Positions 23,291 to 32,000 of a DNA stretch of 32,000 nucleotides are shown in pieces (the first letter of the stretch is position 1; each line of letters begins with the position of its first letter). Both the position numbers and the translations under genes were made by a program. The stretch comes from Akkermansia muciniphila ATCC BAA-835 (GTDB lineage Bacteria > Verrucomicrobiota > Verrucomicrobiia > Verrucomicrobiales > Akkermansiaceae), in contig NC_010655.1 in NCBI RefSeq assembly GCF_000020225.1, positions 1,290,001 through 1,322,000 on the forward strand, in the 5' to 3' direction. The notes under the pieces are model-generated. The model searched no databases, was not told the DNA's origin, and saw only the letters and a program-made list of their open reading frames with translations.

Positions 23291-23361
23291 AGTTAGGTTC
23301 TTCTTTTTACATGTTTTTCGGATTTGTGAAGCTTTTTTTTCAGAAAAGTTTAAATCCGGCT

Positions 23362-24375
23362 CTATTTTTTCTTGCTCAGTGTTGTTTGTTCTCCAGTGGT
23401 TTTGTTGGCAATGGTTACGGTCTGTGTAGCATTATCAACGGTTTTCAGCGTGTAGATTTGTTTGGCGTCTCCCGGAATCCGGAAGTCGGAACCTTCCTCT
23501 ACTTCAAAGCTGGTATCCCGTTCGGGGCCGGCCGTGATAGTAAGGTTTACTTTCTTATCAATGATTGGAATGACGTATTTTGTTCCGCGCCTGATGGTGT
23601 AGGTTTGTCCGTTTTTGGTCGGCTTCAAATCCTTGACGACGGCTTCCTCGTCCGTTTCCACCATGTCCAGGCTGGGATTCTTGAATTCCTTTTTGACAAC
23701 GCTGACAAGTTCGAATCTGGGCTCGTCTTTTGTATTCTTACGGGTACCGAACTTGCCGTTGGTCTGGACGATGTTTTTCCAGATTTCCTGTTTGGCGCGG
23801 TTCATGCCCTTAAAGGTAAAGTCATTGCCATCCGCCTGGGTGAAAGCCAGGTAGAAGCCGAACTGCTTGATTTCGTCGACAAAAAGTTTGCTGACCAGGG
23901 GAGGATGGCTGTTGGGGTCGTTGGGATGGGTTTTGGCCGCATATTCCTCCTGCACCGTAAATCCATCGTTGTCCGGGTCCCGGGTCAGGACGTCCGAGTA
24001 AACGAATTCATTTTCCAGTCCGTTGTCCAGGAACCATTTGTTCGGGATGTTGCCGTGGATAGGCGGACCGGAGATGATGTCAAAGGGTTCCATTCCCCCC
24101 TCCTTAATCCAGAGATTGGGGGCGACGAAGCCCACATACTTCTGTGTTTCCTGGGCAATCGGCTTGAGTTCGTGGGAGGCGGAAAGCTCCTGGCCTACTT
24201 CTGCGGCTTTCTTGATGCCGGGAGGCGGTTCGATGGCTTTTTCAGAAACCTGCGTGGTGAATTTGTATTTGTCATTCAGTCCCAGAAAGGTCAGCGTACC
24301 ATAGGCGGCCACTCCCAGGCCCAGGACGATTCCGGATGCCAACAGGATTTTGTCGTAATTTTGTTTTTCAGACAT
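23362..24375 (-). CDS. Membrane-anchored hypothetical protein in the PilP position (Amuc_1099-like)
   Basis: 337 aa. N-terminal TM helix [22 protein letters not shown], a DPDNDGFT calcium-binding-like motif and a beta-rich C-terminus. Tight operon spacing. Confidence 0.7.
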   Translation of the reverse strand: MSEKQNYDKILLASGIVLGLGVAAYGTLTFLGLNDKYKFTTQVSEKAIEPPPGIKKAAEVGQELSASHELKPIAQETQKYVGFVAPNLWIKEGGMEPFDIISGPPIHGNIPNKWFLDNGLENEFVYSDVLTRDPDNDGFTVQEEYAAKTHPNDPNSHPPLVSKLFVDEIKQFGFYLAFTQADGNDFTFKGMNRAKQEIWKNIVQTNGKFGTRKNTKDEPRFELVSVVKKEFKNPSLDMVETDEEAVVKDLKPTKNGQTYTIRRGTKYVIPIIDKKVNLTITAGPERDTSFEVEEGSDFRIPGDAKQIYTLKTVDNATQTVTIANKTTGEQTTLSKKK

Positions 24376-24410
24376 GTTGAAAGTATTTGCTGCGGTTGGT
24401 GTTGCCTTGG

Positions 24411-25364
24411 TTAATCTTCAGACGGTTCCTGAGCCTTGGGCTGGTTGAAGTGGACCAGATTCAGGGAGACCTGGACAAAGACCTGCTCCTTGCCCATGTA
24501 AGGCTTGATGACTTGCTGGATGGCCGGGGCTGCAGGTGCAGCCGCCTCATCCGCCGGAGTCAGGGAAGCCGCACCCGTGGCGGGTTGGGCCGCGGCAGGT
24601 TTGGCGGCTGCCGGATTGGCGATGGGAGGGGGCATCATCCGTTCGTTGCGGATACGGATGGAGTTGACCGTGAACAGATAGTCCTGCATGCCGGTTATGG
24701 CGTTCATGGCTTTCAATACACTTTCCCGGTCGCCCTGGAAGGCTATTTCCAGAGGCATGGGAGTCCATGGGGCCTGGTCGGCTTCGTCCGATTCTTCCGG
24801 ATTGTTCGCCGGGGTTTCAATGGGGAGCTGGGGGCGGTACACCTTGATGAATTTGGACAGGCCGCATTCCGCCAGTTTGTTGACCAGGCTGTTGATGGCT
24901 TTCAATTCAAAACCCAGCGTGGAGGCCGCCTGAACAGAGGGAGCCTGGGTGCTGTAAACCTGGAAACCGAGCCAGGAGGATGTGTCCGTTATGAGAATGT
25001 TCTTTTTCTTGCAGGAGGAGATCAGGGAATCCCTGAATGTTTTCAGTTCATTCTGGAATGCCGTGGGCGTGGTGGGGACCAGCGCGGAGGAGGCAAGGAA
25101 GGGCTTGTAGGCCGTTTCCAGGCTGCCCACGGCCTTGGCATAGCGGTTCAGTTCTTTTTCCAGCTCTTCGTTGGATGATCGGCTCGGAGTGATTTCCGCA
25201 GCATTGGCGGACTTGATTTCCTTGGCGGCGATGCTGATTTTTTTGTCCAGTTCACTGCGTTTGGAATTGACGATGTACCCTGTCGCGGATAACCCCAGGA
25301 ATAAGAGAAGTCCCACGCCCGCGACCATGGCGGCGGGCTTGTTGTCTGTAATCCAATTGCTCAT
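24411..25364 (-). CDS. Amuc_1100-type outer-membrane/pili-associated protein (317 aa), in the PilO position
   Basis: The sequence MSNWITDNKPAAMVAGVGLLLFLGLSATGYIVNSKRSELDKK...FNQPKAQEPSED matches my recollection of A. muciniphila Amuc_1100 in both length and sequence. It has an N-terminal TM helix, a coiled coil, an alpha/beta domain and a Pro/Ala-rich linker. Confidence 0.9.
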   Translation of the reverse strand: MSNWITDNKPAAMVAGVGLLLFLGLSATGYIVNSKRSELDKKISIAAKEIKSANAAEITPSRSSNEELEKELNRYAKAVGSLETAYKPFLASSALVPTTPTAFQNELKTFRDSLISSCKKKNILITDTSSWLGFQVYSTQAPSVQAASTLGFELKAINSLVNKLAECGLSKFIKVYRPQLPIETPANNPEESDEADQAPWTPMPLEIAFQGDRESVLKAMNAITGMQDYLFTVNSIRIRNERMMPPPIANPAAAKPAAAQPATGAASLTPADEAAAPAAPAIQQVIKPYMGKEQVFVQVSLNLVHFNQPKAQEPSED

Positions 25365-25393
25365 AAAATATGTCTTGTTCGGGTTGGGTAATC

Positions 25394-27232
25394 TTATTTG
25401 TTAAAGTTCACGGGAATGGGCGTTTTTAACGGAAGCACCAGCTTGAAGGGTACAAAGGCCCCTGCCGCCGCGTCCACCTTGGCGTCCTTGGCTCCCAGTT
25501 CCATGATCTGGCGGGCTTCCAGTTTGACGTCTCCGGGCTTGAAAGTGAACAGGGATTCCTTGTTCCCGTCTATTTTTGCCTGGAGGTCCTGGATGATTCT
25601 CTGGCCGCCCAGGCTGCGCCGGACGAATCCGGTCAGGCGGATGGCGTTGACGCTGTAAACGCCCGCTTCATCCTCGCTGGATGCGTTGGCGGAGGCCTCC
25701 GTCCTGATGTCATCCACCAGGGATGTATTTTTGTCCGATGTGAAGGAATCCTTGATGACGGAATATCCCGTAATTTGGGTGGTATCCTCCGGATTGAAGT
25801 GGGCCAGCGGTTCAAAATCCGTAAACCAGTAGGGATAATCCTTGTGTTCCGACTGTTCCAGCAGGTGCCTGATGATGTCCGCGTAGCCGTAGCGCTGAAG
25901 CGTGAGCTGCTGGTAGGAAGCCAGGGTGGAGTCCAGTTTTTTCAGCTCCTGTTCTTTCTGGCGCAGGGCGGATTGTGCCGATTTGATGGAAGTAACGGTG
26001 GGCTGGACGCCGGCGAGGATTTCCTCCGCCTTTTTCTCGCCCATATATCCTGTGACGGCATAAGCTGCGGCACCAAGAACGGCAATGGCTGCCCCGGCGA
26101 TGATGGCGGGCATTTTTTTCTGGTTGGCCCGCTTTTTGGCAACTGCGGTGGGTTCCAGGTCAATATTGAGGGAGGCCCTGCCGATGGAGTGAATGGCGGT
26201 GCCGATCAATCCGCCCAGGATGAAGGCTTCGCGGGAGATGGTGTTCACGTCCACGCCGGAGCCCACGCCCACGTTGTGCATGGGGTTGAAGAAGGAGATC
26301 GGAATGCCCAGTTTATCTTCCAGGAATTCCTTGGTATAGGGCAGGGAAGCTCCGCCGCCGCACAGGTATGCCTTGACGGGAGCGCTTCCGCTCATCTGGG
26401 CGCGGTAATGGTTGGTGGTCCGCTGGATTTCTGAGGCAAGCCTGGTCATGGCCGTACGGATGACGGTAGCCAGATTGGCCGTGGCGGGATCCAGCCCTTC
26501 CGTTTGCCCGTTGCTCATGGAAACGAGCCCGCTGGTGGTTTTCAAGCGTTCCGCTTCCAGGAAGGGAATATTGAATTCACGGGCGATAGCGGAGGTTACG
26601 AAGATTCCCCCCGCGGAAATGCTGCGGGTGAAGAAACGTCCCTGTTCGCTGTAAATCAAATCCGTGGATTTGGCGCCGATGTCGATGAGCATGACCGGTT
26701 CTTTCTCATCCGGATAACTGTCCACATACGCATTGTACAGAGAGGTAAGCGCGCAGTCCACTTTGCCGGTGGAAAGGCCGTGGGAGACGATTTCATCATT
26801 CAGGGAGTCCAGGTCTTCCGCCTTGATGGCAACCAGGATGGCTTCCCGTTCCAGACCTTTGGCGGGAAGCAGATGGTAGTCCCACACGACTTCGTCCAGC
26901 GGGAAGGGGACGTGCTGCTGGGCTTCAAAGCGGATGAGCTGTTCCACATCGGTATCGTCCAGAGCCGGAAGCTTGACGAAGCGGATGAAAACGGATTGTC
27001 CGGAAACGGAATAGTTGACGACGCTTCCTTTGACGTTGAGTTCCTGGACGAGGTCGGCGATGGCTTCCCCTATTTTCGTCAGGCGCAAACCTTCTGCTGA
27101 CGGGTCCAGCACTACGAGGCGCGTAGCATAGCGGTCCAGGATAAGGGCGTCTTTGGAAGTCTTGGAAAAGACGCCCATTGAAACTCTCTGGGAACCTACG
27201 TTTAATGCGACGATTGGTCGTGAATTAGCCAT
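25394..27232 (-). CDS. PilM-like actin-fold ATPase fused to a PilN-like TM/coiled-coil module (Amuc_1101-like)
   Basis: 612 aa. The N-terminal ~350 aa have FtsA/PilM motifs (VALNVGSQRVS, LIDIGAKSTDL, YLCGGGASLP). These are followed by the TM helix MPAIIAGAAIAVLGAAAYAV, a coiled coil and a ~180-aa periplasmic domain. Confidence 0.85.
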   Translation of the reverse strand: MANSRPIVALNVGSQRVSMGVFSKTSKDALILDRYATRLVVLDPSAEGLRLTKIGEAIADLVQELNVKGSVVNYSVSGQSVFIRFVKLPALDDTDVEQLIRFEAQQHVPFPLDEVVWDYHLLPAKGLEREAILVAIKAEDLDSLNDEIVSHGLSTGKVDCALTSLYNAYVDSYPDEKEPVMLIDIGAKSTDLIYSEQGRFFTRSISAGGIFVTSAIAREFNIPFLEAERLKTTSGLVSMSNGQTEGLDPATANLATVIRTAMTRLASEIQRTTNHYRAQMSGSAPVKAYLCGGGASLPYTKEFLEDKLGIPISFFNPMHNVGVGSGVDVNTISREAFILGGLIGTAIHSIGRASLNIDLEPTAVAKKRANQKKMPAIIAGAAIAVLGAAAYAVTGYMGEKKAEEILAGVQPTVTSIKSAQSALRQKEQELKKLDSTLASYQQLTLQRYGYADIIRHLLEQSEHKDYPYWFTDFEPLAHFNPEDTTQITGYSVIKDSFTSDKNTSLVDDIRTEASANASSEDEAGVYSVNAIRLTGFVRRSLGGQRIIQDLQAKIDGNKESLFTFKPGDVKLEARQIMELGAKDAKVDAAAGAFVPFKLVLPLKTPIPVNFNK

Positions 27233-27278
27233 GGGTGATTTCTGTTAAATAAGATGAAATGATAGAATTAATGGAACG

Positions 27279-27995
27279 TTATTCGCCGTCCGCCGGAGGT
27301 TCCACAGGAGTACCGAACGGGGCGGGGACGGAACTGGAAGCCGCCTGCTGGCTGTTGGGCCTCATAATTTCCGGATAACGGTCGTACCAGAACACGGAGA
27401 AAGGAGTTTCATCCTTGTTCAGCAGGGGGTAATAAGAGGTCTCCACGATGCTGGGGGACTGGATGGTCCACCATTTTTCCATTTTGCCGCGTTCGGAGGA
27501 ATAAGTGGCGACAATCTTGCCGTTGTATTCCACCACTACGCCCTGGTACTTCACCCATTTTCCTCTTCCTCCTTCCACACCGGTAATGCGCTTGACGGAG
27601 GACGGGGAGAGATACACGGAAGCGTACGTGTTTTCTCCTACCGGAACATTGACGTATTTGACTTCCTTATACAGTTTCAGATACTGGCGGGAGCGGTCCG
27701 GATTGACTACCGCGATGTAGAATTTGAACGTCAGGGCATCAATATAGCCGGATTTGGGGGTGGGAGCGGCTTCCACCTTGAAGGGAATTTCAAAATCCGC
27801 CCATTTCTTCGGTTTCGGCAGCGGCCGGGGATCGTCCTGCGTCAGGACGTTGGGGGACTGGCGCATATACAGGGACAGCTTTTCCAGGGAGACCCGCACC
27901 TGCATTCTGGGATTGCTGGTGGTCTGCGCCGATGCCGCAGGGACGAAAAGCACCGCAGCCAGCATGGCCGTGATAGTGTTAAGGATGGATTTCAT
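27279..27995 (-). CDS. Secreted hypothetical protein, first gene of the operon (Amuc_1102-like)
   Basis: From the ATG at 27995: MKSILNTITAMLAAVLFVPAASAQTT signal peptide, a beta-rich body and a Pro-rich tail. The track start at 28007 is a TTG. Confidence 0.7.
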   Translation of the reverse strand: MKSILNTITAMLAAVLFVPAASAQTTSNPRMQVRVSLEKLSLYMRQSPNVLTQDDPRPLPKPKKWADFEIPFKVEAAPTPKSGYIDALTFKFYIAVVNPDRSRQYLKLYKEVKYVNVPVGENTYASVYLSPSSVKRITGVEGGRGKWVKYQGVVVEYNGKIVATYSSERGKMEKWWTIQSPSIVETSYYPLLNKDETPFSVFWYDRYPEIMRPNSQQAASSSVPAPFGTPVEPPADGE

Positions 27996-28189
27996 AGCAC
28001 AATTCAATTCCCTGATTAGTTACACCAAAAACCGAACTGTGGCTAGCAAAAATCTCTTGTTTCTTTCCATGTAGCGTGTGTGGAGCATGACACGGCTCCG
28101 CCCGACGGTTCTGCCCGGGCGGTCAAGAAAAAAACATGCGGCATGGCTGCGGGCTTGACCTGGCAGAGGTGTTTCCACATGCTCGGCCC

Positions 28190-29269
28190 ATGGCGATTGA
28201 TTCTGATCTGCTGAAGAAGTTTTCAGAGGCCCACGGTATTTCGGGGCATGAGGATGAAGTGAGAAGCCTGGTGGCTCAGGAACTTGAAGGATATGGGGAA
28301 TTTTCTTCCGATGGTTCCGGCAGCCTGTTCTGCACCGGCGGCGAGGCCGGCCCCCGCGTGATGCTGGCCGCCCACATGGATGAAATAGGCTTTCTGGTGC
28401 AGAATATAGCGTCGAACGGTTTCCTTCAGTTGGTGGGGATAGGCGGCTGGTGGCCGCATACCCTGTTAAGCCAGCGTGTCTTGGTAAAAACCCGCTCGGG
28501 CCGCGGCATCCGGGGGGTGATTGGTTCCAAGCCTCCCCATTTTCTGCCGGAAAGCCAGCGCAACAGTGTCATGAGCATGGAAGCCCTGTTTGTGGACGTG
28601 GGCGCTGAAAGCGCGGAACAGGTGAAGAATGAATTCGGTATTCACCTGGGGGATCCCGTGGTGCCGGACGTGAGATTCTCCCCGTTGGAAAATCCGTTCC
28701 GGGTCATGGGGAAAGCCTTTGACAACCGCGCCGGTCTTTCTGTGATGATAGAGGCATTCAAGAAATTATGCCGGGAAGGGCATCCCAACACCCTGATTGC
28801 CGCCGCGACGGTTCAGGAGGAGGTGGGCACGCGGGGCGCCAGGACGGCCGGCGTCGCCATGCAACCGGATTGCGTGATTGTTCTGGAAGGGCCGCCGGCA
28901 GACGACACCCCCGGGTTTGCCGTGACGGATTCCCAAGGGGCCTTGGGCGGAGGCGTGCAGATCAGGCTGTTTGACCCCACGGCCATCACCAATCCCCGGC
29001 TGGCCGCCCTGGCCGAAAAAACGGCTTTGGATGCGGGCATCCCATTCCAGTTGACGGTGCGCCGTTCCGGCGGAACGGATGCGGCGGCCCTGCATCTTTC
29101 CGGAAAGGGTGTTCCCACTATTGTGCTGGGAATTCCCACCCGGTACATTCATGCCCATAACGGCGTGCTGGATCTGCGGGACTACCGCGCCGCGGTGGAA
29201 TTGACGGTGGCTCTGGCCCGTTCCCTGGACCAGGAGGCCGTGGAAGCCCTTACCCACTACCTGCCCTGA
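28190..29269 (+). CDS. M42 family (glutamyl aminopeptidase / CelM / FrvX-like) metallopeptidase
   Basis: From the ATG at 28190: MAIDSDLLKKFSEAHGISGHEDEVR..., AHMDEIGF, FDNRAG and VQEEVGTRGA. TTGACC (28155-28160) -N17- CATGCT ends 6 nt before this ATG. Confidence 0.85.
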   Translation: MAIDSDLLKKFSEAHGISGHEDEVRSLVAQELEGYGEFSSDGSGSLFCTGGEAGPRVMLAAHMDEIGFLVQNIASNGFLQLVGIGGWWPHTLLSQRVLVKTRSGRGIRGVIGSKPPHFLPESQRNSVMSMEALFVDVGAESAEQVKNEFGIHLGDPVVPDVRFSPLENPFRVMGKAFDNRAGLSVMIEAFKKLCREGHPNTLIAAATVQEEVGTRGARTAGVAMQPDCVIVLEGPPADDTPGFAVTDSQGALGGGVQIRLFDPTAITNPRLAALAEKTALDAGIPFQLTVRRSGGTDAAALHLSGKGVPTIVLGIPTRYIHAHNGVLDLRDYRAAVELTVALARSLDQEAVEALTHYLP

Positions 29270-29280
29270 AAGAAACGCTC

Positions 29281-30339
29281 ATGAATCCGACCGTTTACGT
29301 ACATGATCTGGACCCTGTCATCTGGCAGATAACGGACTCAATTGCCCTGCGCTGGTATGGCCTGGCCTATTTAATGGGCTTCATCGGCGGGTATTATCTG
29401 CTTTCCTGGCTTTCCCGCCGGAAGCTGTATCCTGTCCCCCAGGACAGGATGGCGGATTTTGTTACTTATGTGGCTATTTTTGGTGTTTTGATCGGCGGAA
29501 GGCTGGGATATGTGCTCTTTTACCAGATTCCCAATCACGGCTGGTCCCAGTTTCTGGCGGATCCGCTCATGGTCCTGAGGGTGTGGGAAGGGGGCATGGC
29601 CAGCCACGGGGGAATGATTGGAGTGGGGCTGTACACATTTTATTATGCGTGGAAGCACCGCGTCAAGTGGGTGGCGCTTCTGGACGGCCTGGCCATTGTA
29701 GCTCCCGTTGGGCTGTTTTTCGGGCGCATGGCCAATTTTATCAACGGGGAACTGTATGGGCGCGTTGTCCCGCTCGGCTCTTCCCAGGGAATGATTTTTC
29801 CGGCGGAGCTTTCCCAGAATCCGGACTTGTTCGTGCGGGTGGCTTCCCGTATTTATGAAACGCCCGGATTGTTGGACAAACTGTCCCTTTCCGGCATAGC
29901 CGTGCCGGAACGAATGACTGCCGCCTGGGTGACCGACCGGGTGAGGGATACGCCCGCCATCAGGGAAATCGTGGGGCGGATGATGCAGGATCATGCACGC
30001 TACCCCTCCCAGCTGTATGAAGCGTTTGCGGAAGGTGTGTTTCTTTTTGCCGTGCTGTGGTTTGTACGGGTAAGGTTCCCCCGTGCGTGGAACGGCTTGT
30101 TCTGCGGTATTTTTGCCGTTCTTTATGCTGCGGGCAGAATTATTTGCGAAGAGTACCGGGAGCCGGATTCCCCCTTCTCCATGGGATTAACCCGCGGGCA
30201 GTTCCTCTCCGTTTTCCTCGTGCTGGTGGGCGCCGCTTTCTTTGTATATGCCTTCAAGACCAGGCAGACGGTTCAGGAATGCGCTTTCTATGAACCTGAA
30301 AAGAAAGACGGGAATGAATCGTCCGGAAAGGCCGTTTAA
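29281..30339 (+). CDS. lgt: Prolipoprotein diacylglyceryl transferase
   Basis: RWYGLAYLMGF, GGRLGYVLFY, VWEGGMASHGGMIG, GRMANFINGELYGR and YPSQLYEAFAEG. Confidence 0.92.
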   Translation: MNPTVYVHDLDPVIWQITDSIALRWYGLAYLMGFIGGYYLLSWLSRRKLYPVPQDRMADFVTYVAIFGVLIGGRLGYVLFYQIPNHGWSQFLADPLMVLRVWEGGMASHGGMIGVGLYTFYYAWKHRVKWVALLDGLAIVAPVGLFFGRMANFINGELYGRVVPLGSSQGMIFPAELSQNPDLFVRVASRIYETPGLLDKLSLSGIAVPERMTAAWVTDRVRDTPAIREIVGRMMQDHARYPSQLYEAFAEGVFLFAVLWFVRVRFPRAWNGLFCGIFAVLYAAGRIICEEYREPDSPFSMGLTRGQFLSVFLVLVGAAFFVYAFKTRQTVQECAFYEPEKKDGNESSGKAV

Positions 30340-31070
30340 AACGGGTCCAGGTCAAATTCCCCTGTTTTGGGAATACTGCTGGCGGGACCAGCCTTGAAAA
30401 TATCTGCAATGCAGCTGGAAAAAAGCCGCAAATTCCGTTGGTCGAAGGCAAAACGTTCAAATTCCTTTACGGAAAACAGGGTGATGGGATCCGTGTTGTA
30501 AGCTTTGAATTCCATGATGCCGGCGTCCGTATTCGTATTTGACAGGCGTCCCTCAATGCCTACGTCCCCGCTCATGAAGCGCCCCAGGATCAGGGAAGTT
30601 CCCGGAAGGGGGGAGACCAGGGAAACAAGATCGGACATGATGTTGCCGCCCACGTCCGTAGGCTTCAGCTTGACTATGGCGAGGCTGAGAGTTACAGATC
30701 CCGGAACGGGGCGGTCAACCAACTGCCATTTCATCCTCCCGCCTGTCTGTCTGGATTTGTTTTCCAACACGTTGCGGATGTCTTTCTGCAGCCCGGCCCT
30801 GAATTGTGCCGCCAGGGACGGGGATTCCTTGGGGAATCTGGCTTTGATATAGTCAATATTGACGGGGGCTACATATACTTTCAGCCTTGGAGAATTCCAG
30901 ACGGCCTGTTCCGAGGGATTATACCAGACGCCTCCAAAACAGCTCTGCCTGGAGTCCGCGTGAAGGGGATGGGTAATTAAAGGGGAAACGGGCATTGTCC
31001 GGGAACTGGAACAGGAAAAAACCAAACCTGTTCCCAGCGCCAGGAATAGCCGTGGAATAGCGCCGTGCAT
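30336..31070 (-). CDS. Putative lipoprotein (DUF3313-like?), 244 aa
   Basis: From the ATG at 31070: MHGAIPRLFLALGTGLVFSCSSS (signal plus Cys). The upstream part of the track ORF (to 31223) is Pro/Arg-rich and unlikely to be coding. The family assignment is tentative. Confidence 0.55.
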   Translation of the reverse strand: MHGAIPRLFLALGTGLVFSCSSSRTMPVSPLITHPLHADSRQSCFGGVWYNPSEQAVWNSPRLKVYVAPVNIDYIKARFPKESPSLAAQFRAGLQKDIRNVLENKSRQTGGRMKWQLVDRPVPGSVTLSLAIVKLKPTDVGGNIMSDLVSLVSPLPGTSLILGRFMSGDVGIEGRLSNTNTDAGIMEFKAYNTDPITLFSVKEFERFAFDQRNLRLFSSCIADIFKAGPASSIPKTGEFDLDPF

Positions 31071-31346
31071 GCAGAATAAGACGGTATCCGCCCGGGTGGT
31101 GTTCGAGTCATGACCCGATTGGCGCCAGGGGGGGGCCGGAGGGGGTGGCTCCGGAAATTCCGGGGCGGTTTTGTGCCTCCTAACGGACGGGTGGCGGGCC
31201 GGCAGGGAATGGGCGAATGGCATAAGAATAGCCGGAGCGGGGAAACGGCACGGTCAGAAGAACTCCGGACGACAAGGAAACGCGCAAGGTTGCCCCGTGT
31301 CCGGATGCATGATTGACAAGCCGGAAAAGCGGGGCATGCTGTTGAT

Positions 31347-32000
31347 ATGAGATACGAGCCGCTTCCTTCTTCCTTTTTTGCCGGCAACCGTGAAGAACTT
31401 GCTTCCCGCCTGCCTGCCGGCAGTATGCTGATTCTGCACGCCAACGACGTATTTCCTACGAATGCGGACGGCACTTTTGCCCTGCATCAGAATGCCAACC
31501 TCTTTTATCTTACGGGAGTTGACCAGGAAGAAACCGTCCTGGTCATGACCATCCGGGAGGACGGCTGGGATGAGATCCTGCTGTTGCGTGAGACAAATGA
31601 ACAGATTGCCATCTGGGAAGGCGCCCGGCTCTCGCAGGAACAGGCGAGAGAGCTGAGCGGCATCCAGGACGTGCGCTGGACCGATGAATATGATGCGCTG
31701 CTGGAGGCCCTGGTGCCGTCCGCATCCATGGTCTTTGTGGAAGCCAACCAGCATCCGCGATGCACATGCCCGGTGGAAACGCGCAATGCCCGCATGACCA
31801 AGGAGCTGAAGGAAAAATTCCCGGACGCTGTTTTGAAGAATGTCTATGAAATCTTGGCGGACATGCGGCAAATCAAAAAGCCGGAAGAAATCAAGGCTCT
31901 CAAAAAAGCCTGCGACATCACCAATGAAGGCTTCCGGGAATTGCTCCGGTTCATCAGGCCGGGGGTGGGCGAATGGCAGATTGAGGGATTCCTGGCCAAC
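31347..32000 (+). CDS. Xaa-Pro aminopeptidase (M24B family), N-terminal 218 aa; continues beyond the window
   Basis: Not in the track because it has no stop in the window. My translation from the ATG at 31347: MRYEPLPSSFFAGNREELASRLPAGSMLILHANDVFPTNADGTFALHQNANLFYLTGVDQEETVLVM...IKKPEEIKALKKACDITNEGF. This is the typical PepP N-domain and the start of the pita-bread domain. Confidence 0.85.
   Translation, partial: MRYEPLPSSFFAGNREELASRLPAGSMLILHANDVFPTNADGTFALHQNANLFYLTGVDQEETVLVMTIREDGWDEILLLRETNEQIAIWEGARLSQEQARELSGIQDVRWTDEYDALLEALVPSASMVFVEANQHPRCTCPVETRNARMTKELKEKFPDAVLKNVYEILADMRQIKKPEEIKALKKACDITNEGFRELLRFIRPGVGEWQIEGFLAN

Noticed and set aside
20207-23296. 1029-aa plus-strand ORF, the longest in the track
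   Set aside because: It lies exactly antisense to the secretin gene. Its composition is dominated by G, A, V, R and H with no recognisable motifs, which is typical of a shadow ORF in GC-rich coding DNA. The minus-strand product has clear secretin and TPR motifs.
28016-28029. TTAGTTACACCAAA, a one-mismatch operator-like site between the pilus-like operon and the M42 peptidase gene
   Set aside because: Only one half-site is intact. One-mismatch matches are expected several times by chance in 32 kb, and I found no matching -35/-10 geometry. The similar degenerate site at 11926-11939 was kept only because it sits inside the conserved 29-nt module.
1-32000. CRISPR arrays, IS elements or transposases, integrases, tRNA and rRNA genes, toxin-antitoxin or restriction-type defence genes
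   Set aside because: I saw no direct-repeat arrays, no terminal inverted repeats flanking ORFs, no tRNA-like T-arm motifs (GGTTCGAATCC-type) and no recognisable defence or mobility protein motifs. This was an eye scan only.

Overview
The window looks like Akkermansia muciniphila chromosome. The 317-aa ORF at 24411-25364 matches my memory of Amuc_1100, and its neighbours match the Amuc_1098-1102 pili-like cluster. This identification is from memory and needs a BLAST check. I support about 28 CDS.

Content, in three groups:
- Housekeeping genes: nadB (partial), rlmB, lipA, tadA, rho, coaE, lgt, an M42 peptidase and an M24 peptidase (partial).
- A metal-homeostasis neighbourhood at roughly 2.7-18.3 kb: a DtxR/MntR-family regulator, two P1B ATPases, an OprB-type porin, and feoA-feoA-feoB followed by a Cys-rich peptide gene.
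- The five-gene PilM/N-to-secretin operon that contains Amuc_1100.

I saw no rRNA, tRNA, CRISPR array or mobile element.

Main hunting results:
- An exact palindrome, TTAG-N6-CTAA, occurs six times, plus one degenerate copy. Every copy I found lies in front of a metal-related transcription unit, including two copies upstream of the regulator gene. Three copies sit inside a conserved 29-nt promoter-operator module.
- This suggests one metal-responsive regulon joining an outer-membrane porin, the Feo importer, two exporters and a possible leaderless Cys-rich small ORF or sRNA.
- Secondary observations: an atypical Y-S-C-A P1B ATPase preceded by a PacL-like mini-protein and an internal terminator; recurrent -10 hexamers ending exactly 6 nt before ATG codons (candidate leaderless mRNAs); and fused architectures in the pilus-like operon.

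All coordinates were counted by hand and all motif scans were done by eye, so they need computational confirmation.
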